A stretch of 63,533 nucleotides of DNA, filler included, from Octopus bimaculoides (taxonomy: Eukaryota): the NCBI RefSeq assembly GCF_001194135.2. It is 3 parts of 3 records of this genome, joined end to end, with 100 filler letters (N's around TTAATTAATTAA, not from the genome) between each part and the next. Parts side by side here need not be neighbours in the genome. Positions count along the whole stretch, not along the records: positions 29,791 to 57,947 come from NC_068981.1; 2 more parts are not named here. One strand, written 5' to 3'. The notes beneath the pieces are model-generated. The model was not told the DNA's origin. It saw nothing but the letters and a program-made list of their open reading frames with translations, and ran no database searches. This document shows positions 39,200 to 49,224 of this stretch, one piece after another. Each line of letters begins with the position of its first letter. Position 1 is the stretch's first letter. Position numbers and translations under genes: made by a program.

Positions 39200-39307
39200 A
39201 ACGAAGAAATAATTTGAAAACAGCAACATAATGTTTAATAAATGAAAAGGAGAACGAAGAAATAATTTGAAAACAGCAACATAATGTTTAATAAATGAAA
39301 AGGAGAA
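39200..39307. repeat. Exact 53-bp tandem duplication
   Basis: AACGAAGAAATAATTTGAAAACAGCAACATAATGTTTAATAAATGAAAAGGAG x2. Confidence 0.95.
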
Positions 39308-40670
39308 AATCAATGTAACGGAACAAGTAGAACGGAAGACATTTAAACTTAATGAAATGAATAAAATAACGATATTTGTAATACCGTTAAGAGTAACAAC
39401 AAAATATGTAACAATTTTGCCACTGTAGCTAATCAGAGGAAAACTTTCTATATACAGAGGCTCTCATAAAAAAAAAACACACACAAAAAAAAAAGAAACT
39501 AGAGAGATGCATATTACTAAAGACACTTGTCTTTTATGCCCAAGAACATCATTGGGAACAGGCAAAAAGGAGAATAACATGTAACTGATATTCAAAATGG
39601 AGAAAATACTCATACACATCGGAAACCCTGACCGAGATGCGCTCCACTAACCAAAGAGAATATTGGAGCGTATGCTCTGATCTTTAAGAAGAATGACATG
39701 GTGTGACAAGCTGAGATGACAGCGGGACTTAATGCACTAAACTCCTTCACTCGGGGGGGGGGAGAGATGGGGGACTTCATATTACAAGTTGTTCAGACCA
39801 AATTTGACAGTTTATATAAAAGGAAGAGAATATCCTATCCAAAACTAAAAGGTTTTTCAAAAATTGAAAAATATTTACCAGTTTATGGTTGTGAGATAAC
39901 AGTTTACGTATACAGCATGGGACGAAATATACAGTCAAGGACGTTGGTAGTAACGTTCATCCTTCGCTAGTTTACAACATGGTGATGTGCTGGTCATGAG
40001 CGTAGAGCGTTCAGTAACATGGTGGGCTGGAGTCTGTGAAGACATGCAAGTTCCGACGACCTATGATTTGTCTTTTAGGTGACCTATGCATTTCTGATAA
40101 ACGTTTTATTCACTCAGAGAGCATGAATGAAAAGACAACATAAAGTAGTCAAAAAATTAATTCGAGGAAAATTATTCCAAAATTTAACAATTTTCTCTGA
40201 GGAATACACACATGCACACGCACACACACATACACACACGCACACAAACACACACATACACGCACACACACACCGTTTAATCTTTAGTTCATCCATTTAT
40301 CGTGTAAAAGAGGTAAGCATGAAAAAAATTAGTTTCCAAATACCCAACATCAACAGCAAGTAATTCGAAACAACATATTGTTTGTACATTTAATATTTCA
40401 TATTTGTTCTATATTTGCAGACAGCTTGTTTTTGTATGGTGTTTAGAAGAATAGAACAAGAATCAATCAATTAACTATATAGGAAGTATGTCACCATGGA
40501 ACAGAGCAAATACAATAAATGTTGACCTAATATTCTGTTTTGTTGTTGGTTGTGTGTAAAACCTCTAGGGTGCTCAACTCAGCAGAATATGAATTTTAAA
40601 TCAATGTGTATGTGTATGTGTATGCGCGCGCGTGTACATACACACACACACACACACGTATATATGTATG

Positions 40671-40705
<35 letters not shown>

Positions 40706-41046
40706 NNNNNNNNNNNNNNNNNNNNNNNNNNNNNNNNNNNNNNNNNNNNNNNNNNNNNNNNNNNNNNNNNNNNNNNNNNNNNNNNNNNNNNNNNNNNNNN
40801 NNNNNNNNNNNNNNNNNNNNNNNNNNNNNNNNNNNNNNNNNNNNNNNNNNNNNNNNNNNNNNNNNNNNNNNNNNNNNNNNNNNNNNNNNNNNNNNNNNNN
40901 NNNNNNNNNNNNNNNNNNNNNNNNNNNNNNNNNNNNNNNNNNNNNNNNNNNNNNNNNNNNNNNNNNNNNNNNNGACAGACAGACAGACAGAATGACATAA
41001 CAAATCCAAAGCTGTGAGGACTTTTCAGGACATTTATAATGAAATA

Positions 41047-41094
41047 GACTTACAGCTGTTTCTGGGATATTATGAATATCCCTTCATCAGAGAC
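41047..41094 (-). ncRNA. Minimal type I hammerhead ribozyme
   Basis: GUCU-CUGAUGA-A-GGGAUAUU-CAU-AAUAUCCC-A-GAAA-CAGCUG-UA-AGUC: canonical core, palindromic stem III insert, stem I 3/4 paired. Confidence 0.75.
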
Positions 41095-41809
41095 GGTGTG
41101 AGAAAATATTTGAGTTCGAATTATTGTGGAAATGGAGGAGATGGGGAATATAGAGGGAAATAAGAGAATGAAAGTAGAAATAAGATATATAAATATATTG
41201 TAGTTTCAGGAAAATAGTATATAGAAGTGGTAAAAAAAGTTTCCTGTTCATGGTATGTAAGTTACAATAGCAGTTCATGTTCAGTCATGGCGCCGTGGAA
41301 TCAGTGTTGCTCGTTCGAAAGGGTTTTGTGGTGTGAATGAAAATTTGAGAATGTATTGGTAGTATTTGTGGATAAATGGAGGGAGGAGAGATGTGTATGA
41401 TTAGAAAAAGGATATAGGTCAAATTTAAAGCAAGAAGAGAAAATGAGAGGAAGAAAGAAAAAAAGGAAAAAGGAAAAAAGAAAAAGGGAGAGAGAAAAAA
41501 CAAAGAGTGAAAAAAGGGAAGAAAGAGAGAAAGAAGTGAGAAAATGAGTGTTAGTTGTGGTCAAGATAATGTGATGGGAGGATGGGATAGGTGTAGGGGA
41601 GGGATAGGGAGAGATGAGAAGGTAAGGAGTAAAAGAATGTGAGATAAGTGAGTAGGGGTAATATGACAGAGCTGCATTAAGGGATGGGTAGAGAAAAGGT
41701 ATGGGTGAGATAAAGGTAGAGAAAAAGTAGAGAAAAGGTAGAGAAAAGGTGTAGAAAAGGTGTAGAAAAGGTAGAGAAAGTAATTCGAACTCAAATAGTT
41801 TCTCACACC

Positions 41810-41857
41810 GTCTCTGATGAAGGGATATTCATAATATCCCAGAAACAGCCGTAAGTC
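41810..41857 (+). ncRNA. Minimal type I hammerhead ribozyme (inverted copy)
   Basis: GTCT-CTGATGA-AGGGATATTCATAATATCCCA-GAAA-CAGCCG-TA-AGTC. Confidence 0.7.
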
Positions 41858-42610
41858 TATTTCATTATAAATGTCCTGAAAACTCCTCGCAGCCTTAAAT
41901 TTGTTATCTCATCCTGTCTAATATATATATGCATACTAATACAAGACCAACATTAGATTCCTCACTCGTATCACTATCGAACCAAGAATTTAACCACGGC
42001 CTATCCATAGCCCTTACTTAGCGTTACCCCCGACACTCTTTGGGTCTTCTAGATATCAATACTTTTCATATATANNNNNNNNNNNNNNNNNNNNNNNNNN
42101 NNNNNNNNNNNNNNNNNNNNNNNNNNNNNNNNNNNNNNNNNNNNNNNNNNNNNNNNNNNNNNNNNNNNNNNNNNNNNNNNNNNNNNNNNNNNNNNNNNNN
42201 NNNNNNNNNNNNNNNNNNNNNNNNNNNNNNNNNNNNNNNNNNNNNNNNNNNNNNNNNNNNNNNNNNNNNNNNNNNNNNNNNNNNNNNNNNNNNNNNNNNN
42301 NNNNNNNNNNNNNNNNNNNNNNNNNNNNNNNNNNNNNNNNNNNNNNNNNNNNNNNNNNNNNNNNNNNNNNNNNNNNNNNNNNNNNNNNNNNNNNNNNNNN
42401 NNNNNNNNNNNNNNNNNNNNNNNNNNNNNNNNNNNNNNNNNNNNNNNNNNNNCTTATCGCCCAAAGACAGCGGTAGGTTTCGGTTGCTGCATGGGTGTCT
42501 GAGCAGCTCTATTTGGAGAGGCACTGCTCACTCGGTGGCCAGTGAGGTTCTAGAAAAGGTTGTTAAACGTGTTGTTAAACTTAAACGTGTGGCCACACGT
42601 TTAAGTTTAA

Positions 42611-44330
42611 GTTGATGTGGCCAACCTTTTCCTGGTATTGTGGGACAGAAGGCTTAAGGAACGCCTGACACAGAACTCCATACTTGTGAACATGTACTCT
42701 CGCTATGTCGATGATATCAACGTAGTGGTAAAGACACCCCCACAAGAGAGTACTCTTGAAATAGAAATAGAAACTAATACTATGGAGAGCATCCAGCAAA
42801 TAGCTAACCCCATCCACCAGAGTATTAAGGTCACGATAGACTACCCTACTAAACACCACAACCATAGACTACCAGTACTAGATACAGAACTCTGGCTGGA
42901 AATTGAGAATAATAAAACCCGAATCCATCATTCACACTATGCCAAACCTATGGCCTCCAAATACCTGATCCACCGGAACTCAGCTATCACGGACAATGCC
43001 AAATTCAATATATTCATGGCAGACCTCGTCAGAGTAATGCGAAATGTGTCCTGCATATGCAACCCTACAGAGTTAAAGAGACATATACAACATTTCATTC
43101 ACCACATGCAGTTCTCAATTTACAGTCATAAAGAAAGGATTAGATTATACAAAGGAGCTACGAGGAAATTTGAAACCATCAAACGTAACGATATGAATGG
43201 GATTTGCCAACTTTATAGGAGCAAGTCATGGAACACCATTGAAAGGATTAAGAAGAAAATAAGGAAGGCCAACTCATGGTATGATAGTCACAAATACCAG
43301 AACGTCATGTTCGTCGACACCACCCCTAGAGGCGAACTGGCGTACCGCTTTAGAAGGGCCCTAGACAAACTGAAGCTAAGAATTAAGGTTGTTGAAAGGC
43401 TAGGCAACACTATCAAATCCCTTATCGGTAGAACCTACCCTTTTAGTAGAACCCCCTGTACTGATAGGAACTGTACTGTATGTAAATTTAGCCCACAAAC
43501 TGTAAAGCCAGAAATGTAGTCTATAGTATAAGATGTACAGAAGGACGAAGCAGTAACAAGACAATGACGTACGTAGGGGAAACAGCACAGAGCATAGGAA
43601 GAGAAGAGCTCATCAGTTCTGTACCAGCATGCTGAGCAGGAACACGGAGGCAACTCAACAACATAGAAGTTAAAATCTAGTCCACACATAGAACAGACGC
43701 AACGCTTAGGTAAATTACAGAAGCTACACACATAATAGAAGATAAACCTAGCCTGAATAGGAAACTGGAATGGAACACTAGTACACACCCCCAACACACC
43801 ACAACATATGACAGAATAAAATCCCCATAAACTGATAACAATATGAACAAAATATAATACAATACACAGATAAACAAATGGAATTAAATAACTATATACG
43901 TTAACAAAATTAAATTATATACAAACAAGAAAAGAAAGAATAGAAAAGAAAAAATAATAAGTAGGTATAAACACATGAACAAATAAATAAATAAAAACAA
44001 ATTAAACGAACGTGTATAAACAGGGGATACAGATAATACAGGCACTCCCCATACACTTACTAAACATAGACACACATGGAGGATACGCATGCGCAAATAA
44101 AGACGCATACAATAGGAATACAAAATACAAAATGGCTGATCGTTAGTAAGGAAAGACACACAAATAAGAAAGAAGAAAGCAAAGGACCACTGATGAGGTC
44201 ACAGAAGTGTGATGAAAGAACTCTGGCCGAAATACGATTAATGTAAAATAAAGCTGAAGCAAATTAACACCAAATATATAATGCGTGTGTTTTTATCGGC
44301 TAAACTGGCAACATGAACATCTCCAAATAC
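42611..44330 (+). mobile_element. 5'-truncated Penelope-like retroelement, probably Naiad-like: RT (domains 4-7, thumb), Zn-finger and GIY-YIG, 3' UTR with hammerhead
   Basis: ORF 42617-43519 VANLFLVLWD..YSRYVDDINVV..LPVLDTELWL..HYAKPMAS..CTDRNCTVC; then frameshifted CKARNVVYSIRC..YVGETA..SVLYQHAEQEHGG..DATLR*ITEATHI..PSLNRKLEW. Clade assignment is inference. Confidence 0.9.
44184..44228 (+). ncRNA. Minimal type I hammerhead ribozyme of the Naiad-like element
   Basis: GGACCA-CUGAUGA-G-GUCACA-GAAG-UGUGAU-GAAA-GAAC-UC-UGGCC; predicted cleavage after 44223; stem I has one mismatch. Confidence 0.65.
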
Positions 44331-44404
44331 AATAATATAAGGATTTCGTATTGAGATAAAAAAAACCAAGGCTGTGTATAATATAGAATATTTATAAATA
44401 GAAG

Positions 44405-44452
44405 GTCTTACAGCTATTTCGAGGATATTTATTATATCCCTTCATCGGAGAC
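44405..44452 (-). ncRNA. Minimal hammerhead ribozyme, U4C core variant
   Basis: GUCU-CCGAUGA-AGGGAUAU-AAUAA-AUAUCCUC-GAAA-UAGCUG-UA-AGAC. Confidence 0.6.
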
Positions 44453-44570
44453 GGTGTGAGAGGATGGTTAAGCAAAAGTTAGTTTACATAAGATAGGAAA
44501 TAGAGAGTGAATGTAGGGATATTGTATTTGTAAATCCATTGTTTAGGCAGAATGGTATACATATAAGAAT

Positions 44571-44680
44571 CTTATATGTATACCATTCTGCCCTTATATG
44601 TATACCATTCTGCCCTTATATGTATACCATTCTGCCCTTATATGTATACCATTCTGCCCTTATATGTATACCATTCTGCC
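44571..44680 (+). repeat. Five exact copies of CTTATATGTATACCATTCTGCC (22 bp)
   Basis: Directly visible; the unit is the reverse complement of 44546-44567. Confidence 0.98.
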
Positions 44681-44773
44681 TAAACAATGGATTTACAAAT
44701 ACAATATCCCTACATTCACTCTCTATTTCCTATTTTATGTAAACTAACTATTGCTTAACTATCCTCTCACACC

Positions 44774-44821
44774 GTCTCCGACGAAGGGATATAATAAATA
44801 TCCTGGAAACAGCTGTAAGAC
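44774..44821 (+). ncRNA. Minimal hammerhead ribozyme, U4C core variant (inverted copy)
   Basis: GTCT-CCGACGA-AGGGATAT-AATAA-ATATCCTG-GAAA-CAGCTG-TA-AGAC; stem I 4/4 paired. Confidence 0.6.
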
Positions 44822-45026
44822 CTATTTATAAATGTTCTATATTATACATAGCCTTGATTTTTTATCTCATTACGAAATCCGTAAATTCACACGCTGATAT
44901 ATGACCTGCGTTGGACCCCTTATTCACATAATCACCGAACCTGGAGCATAACTATGGTCTATCCACAGCACTTACTCAGCATTACCTGAAACATCTGGGT
45001 CTAATTGACACCACTTTCGCTCATAA

Positions 45027-45065
<39 letters not shown>

Positions 45066-45707
45066 NNNNNNNNNNNNNNNNNNNNNNNNNNNNNNNNNNN
45101 NNNNNNNNNNNNNNNNNNNNNNNNNNNNNNNNNNNNNNNNNNNNNNNNNNNNNNNNNNNNNNNNNNNNNNNNNNNNNNNNNNNNNNNNNNNNNNNNNNNN
45201 NNNNNNNNNNNNNNNNNNNNNNNNNNNNNNNNNNNNNNNNNNNNNNNNNNNNNNNNNNNNNNNNNNNNNNNNNNNNNNNNNNNNNNNNNNNNNNNNNNNN
45301 NNNNNNNNNNNNNNNNNNNNNNNNNNNNNNNNNNNNNNNNNNNNNNNNNNNNNNNNNNNNNNNNNNNNNNNNNNNNNNNNNNNNNNNNNNNNNNNNNNNN
45401 NNNNNNNNNNNNNNNNNNNNNNNNNNNNNNNNNNNNNNNNNNNNNNNNNNNNNNNNNNNNNNNNNNNNNNNNNNNNNNNNNNNNNNNNNNNNNNNNNNNN
45501 NNNNNNNNNNNNNNNNNNNNNNNNNNNNNNNNNNNNNNNNNNNNNNNNNNNNNNNNNNNNNNNNNNNNNNNNNNNNNNNNNNNNNNNNNNNNNNNNNNNN
45601 NNNNNNNNNNNNNNNNNNNNNNNNNNNNNNNNNNNNNNNNNNNNNNNNNNNNNNNNNNNNNNNNNNNNNNNNNNNNNNNNNNNNNNNNNNNNNNNNNNNN
45701 NNNNNNN

Positions 45708-46520
45708 CATATTTCCAGATGCTTACTTAATGGAATCTTGCGTAATTCTTCTTGTCGGATATGTTGTCTGTGGATTCTTGCACGTTGGCAGAGGGAATTA
45801 TTTGTTTCGCCAATGTAATTTTCTTTGCAGTCTGGGCAGGTAATGCAATATATGAGGTTTTGCGTTTTGTAGTTCATAACTGCATTTATTTTGAAAAGGG
45901 ATCCGCTCTTGAATTTTTTGTGGGAACCGCTTTCCAAGTATTTGAAGTTGTTGATATTGTTGCATGTTCCACATCTCCTATCTCCACATTCTTTTACTAA
46001 GAATTCTGATTCATTCTCTGATTTGAATTCTACCCTTGTGAAGTGTTTTTTAAGATTTTGGGTTGGTGTCTGCTATTCCGTAAGGTGTTTTTTTCAATCA
46101 GAGTTTTCAATTTGGGGCTTTGTAGGAGTATGGGTAAGTTCGATTTTCTGGCGTGAAAGATGTTGGCTATTCCAGAATGGTGTGTGTTAATGAACGGACT
46201 CGTGTTTTCATTAACTTTTTCCTTAGGTGCCTGTAGTTGGGTGATGTTCAGTTTCATCGCCTTTTTAATTCCCTCATTAATTAATTCTAAGGGGTATTTC
46301 TGCATCTTGAGGAAGCCTTTGAGTTCGTTGAGTCCGATTTCACGTATTTTGGAGTCAACCACTATAGCACAGATGTGTCTTGTCATGCTGTATGGAATGT
46401 TTCTTTTGATGTGTGATGGATGGCAAGAGTAGAAATTTAAATATTGGTGTGCGTCAGTTTTTTTTTGTAAAATATGTCTGTTGTCACTATGGAGTTCTGT
46501 ATGTTTTTTTATGCGGTTAT
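45708..46520 (-). mobile_element. Penelope-like (Neptune-like) retroelement fragment: RT thumb, CX4CX2C Zn-finger, GIY-YIG endonuclease
   Basis: KKTDAHQYLNFYSCHPSHIKRNIPYS..QKYPLELINEGIKKA..; after a frameshift ECGDRRCGTC..NLIYCITCPDCKENYIGETNNSLCQRARIHRQHI..LSKHL; runs into the gap. Confidence 0.92.
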
Positions 46521-46537
46521 ATATACATGTGTGTGTA

Positions 46538-46568
<31 letters not shown>

Positions 46569-46576
46569 ATGTATAT

Positions 46577-46745
46577 GAAGGCACGCGGTTTAGTGCTTAG
46601 AGCTATTATTCATTTCTCGATCGTAAGGTCCTGAGTGCGATTCCCAGTGGCGCGTCTGTTGTTGGGCAACTTTCTTTATTCCATGATGTTCCAATCAACT
46701 CAGCTAGCAAAAATGAGATCTACTTGTATTTCAAAAGGTTTAGTT
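46577..46745 (+). mobile_element. Decayed tRNA-derived SINE (family D-like)
   Basis: GAAGGCACGCGGTTTAGTGCTTAG..GAGTGCGATTCCC..CAACTCAGCTAGCAAAAATGAG. Confidence 0.55.
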
Positions 46746-46760
46746 ATGTGTGTGAGTGTG

Positions 46761-46797
<37 letters not shown>

Positions 46798-47701
46798 GTG
46801 TATATGTATGTATAAGTGTGTATCTGTGTAGGTATATAGGTGTGTATGTGTATGTGTGTAGGGAGTCAATATAAAAGGAGTGGGGTGGGGTAGTATTTCA
46901 ATATATTAAGGGTTAACAAGAGAAACCGGTGATTCAGAGCAGGAAGAGTGAGTTACAAAGAAACGATTGCTTGACCTGTTGCCAAAAATATGGAACAGTC
47001 AGTCTGAAGAAGGCTGTCACGACGGCATGGTTTTGGAAATGATTCAAATTTCAAGGAATTCTTGATATTTGGGTTTGCTTATTTATTTATGTGTAGTTCC
47101 ACACACACTCATACAAGCACACACGCACATCCATATAACACACACATATAAGCAAAAACATACACATACTCACGCACTCAGTCACATATATACACATATA
47201 TACAAGTCCTCATCTATGTGCATACATATATTCATATCACAAAAATACATATTTACACAGACATATACTGAAACGCAGGCACATAAATATATACTTATAC
47301 GTACAGACGTTATATATATGTGCTTCATATGTATACACAAACAAACAAGCATGCATGCATTCTATATATCTAAATAGATATATGTATATATATATATATA
47401 GTACAATAAAACCACAAGAGAATACACACCTATGCTGTTTAGTCCATTTTAATTATGGCAGCTGAAGCCTCACACACATTTACACACACACACACACACA
47501 CATACACACACANNNNNNNNNNNNNNNNNNNNNNNNNNNNNNNNNNNNNNNNNNNNNNNNNNNNNNNNNNNNNNNNNNNNNNNNNNNNNNNNNNNNNNNN
47601 NNNNNNNNNNNNNNNNNNNNNNNNNNNNNCACACACACACACACACACAAAATCTTTGAATATTTAAATTTATTTCAATACTTCTTGATTCACGCAATGT
47701 C

Positions 47702-47805
<104 letters not shown>

Positions 47806-48289
47806 GACTGTCTGTCTATCTGGCTATCTATCTCTCTATCTATCTATACACAAACACATTCACACATACATACGTACATATACACTACTCATACGCACGT
47901 GCATATACGTATACATATACATAAAGACAAAGAGAAAATAACCAAATTCAACTGCATCATGGAAAATAATTAGTAAAGAGGGCGCTAATTTACTTAAAAT
48001 ATTGAGCAAAGACATTTTGATTAACTTAAATTACATCCATAGTGAGAAGAGCCAATCAATATCTTAATTACTAAATCCGTTCACGTAAGGCAGGTGAGAA
48101 AATCTTGAAATTAATTAAAAATTCTTGGTTCAGTACATTAAGCATGTTAGCGCCCACTCTCATGGACAATCGGTGATAATGGAATTTTTCATCTTAATGT
48201 ATTAATATGCCAGACCTTACCGTATTTGGATTCAGTATGTGGAACACCCAACTGAGATATTTTCTTTCAATTTCCTTGCTTACGTATTA

Positions 48290-48762
48290 TACGGAGTGTT
48301 TGGGTTAAATCTGGCGAATTTTCTATTTATTTTTTCAGGGACAGCTTGACGTATTGGTGAATGGTCAGCAGTGTTGCGAAGCATAAGGATTAAAGTTGTA
48401 GTTGTGAAAAAAGTTAGCTGACATGGAGGATTGGAAGCCGTTTGCATATTGTGAAAGAGTTATCTATACCATGATCAATCGCGACCGATATCAAAATGTC
48501 GACATCATGACTATTTCTCAATGCTCCGTGAATGCTGTAAATGTTGCAAGATGTAACCACGAATCCGTGGCCAGCTAGAAGAGACAAAGCAGGCGTTCCG
48601 ACTGCGTCCATATGCTGGAATTCACATTCCCACATCTTGGAACAGGGTCTTAGGCTCAGTTCATACGGCTACTGGAAAAGGTTGCTGCTGGAAGGCCATA
48701 TGCGTGGCAGCAAGATTCGGCATTTTGCCAAACCTCCGGAAAGAACCTAAAGTGATTGTCAG
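48290..48762 (+). mobile_element. maT/DD37D-type Tc1-mariner, 5' part (internally deleted)
   Basis: ATG at 48423: MEDWKPFAYCERVIY..QCSVNAV..SRRSDCV-like segment; later LEKVAAGRPYAWQQDSAFCQTSGKNLK*LS (second catalytic Asp region). Confidence 0.75.
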
Positions 48763-49190
48763 CAGGGCCGGATTTATAGGGGTGCCAAGGGTGCAATTGC
48801 TCCGGGCGGTCCTCGACAATGGGCACCGTTTCTACGAAGGATATGGTGCACTCAATACAAAAAGGCCCTTCCACTTCCCAGCAATCTTGTATGAAGAGGC
48901 TGTCTTCGAATTACAAGCATCTTACTTCTTAAAAAAATGTAATGGAATCTCTTTAATGATAAATAGCCATAAATGTTTTCACTTTGATGATAACAATTAA
49001 AATCAGTTTGCTACCAGTCCCAAAAGTAGCTATAGATTCTTTTCTACGTTAGGGACATCAGTCCCCTTACAATTTCCTCTATGACAAAGAAAAAGAAAAA
49101 AAAACTACCAGTCCTGACTGAAAATGTATGTATATATTTATGTATGTATGTATGTATGGATGTAGGTATGATCTGTGTGTATGTGAGTGT

Positions 49191-49224
<34 letters not shown>

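Larger units (their letters stand above)
40986..42070. mobile_element. Penelope-like fold-back remnant 1: inverted pseudo-LTRs (40986-41122 / 41781-41918) with the right arm extended to a (TA)n tract
   Basis: ~137-bp inverted repeat, each arm carrying a hammerhead motif; flanked by (GACA)n on the left and (TA)n plus gap on the right; spacer has a weak GIY-YIG C-terminus-like segment on the minus strand (~41390-41270). Confidence 0.75.
44341..45030. mobile_element. Penelope-like fold-back remnant 2: ~225-bp inverted pseudo-LTRs (44341-44567 / 44659-44880) with a 5 x 22-bp tandem at the tip and the right arm extended to (TA)n
   Basis: Arms ~95% identical by eye (about a dozen differences); homologous to remnant 1 around the hammerhead and in the extension. 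Confidence 0.85.

Noticed and set aside
39900-40080. AlkB-like LQHGDVLVMS (plus) or BEL/Pao RNase H-like LHVFTDSS (minus)
   Set aside because: These are isolated short motifs bounded by stops with no supporting neighbouring motifs; chance cannot be excluded.
42617-44330. Selenoprotein-encoding Naiad (UGA-Sec plus SECIS)
   Set aside because: The visible ORF has no in-frame TGA at conserved Cys positions, and the ATGA..AA..TGAT at ~43808-43835 cannot form SECIS helix II.
44571-44680. CRISPR-like or phage-type array
   Set aside because: The repeats are contiguous with no spacers, the context is eukaryotic, and there are no cas genes. The same applies to 33639-33697 and 39200-39307.
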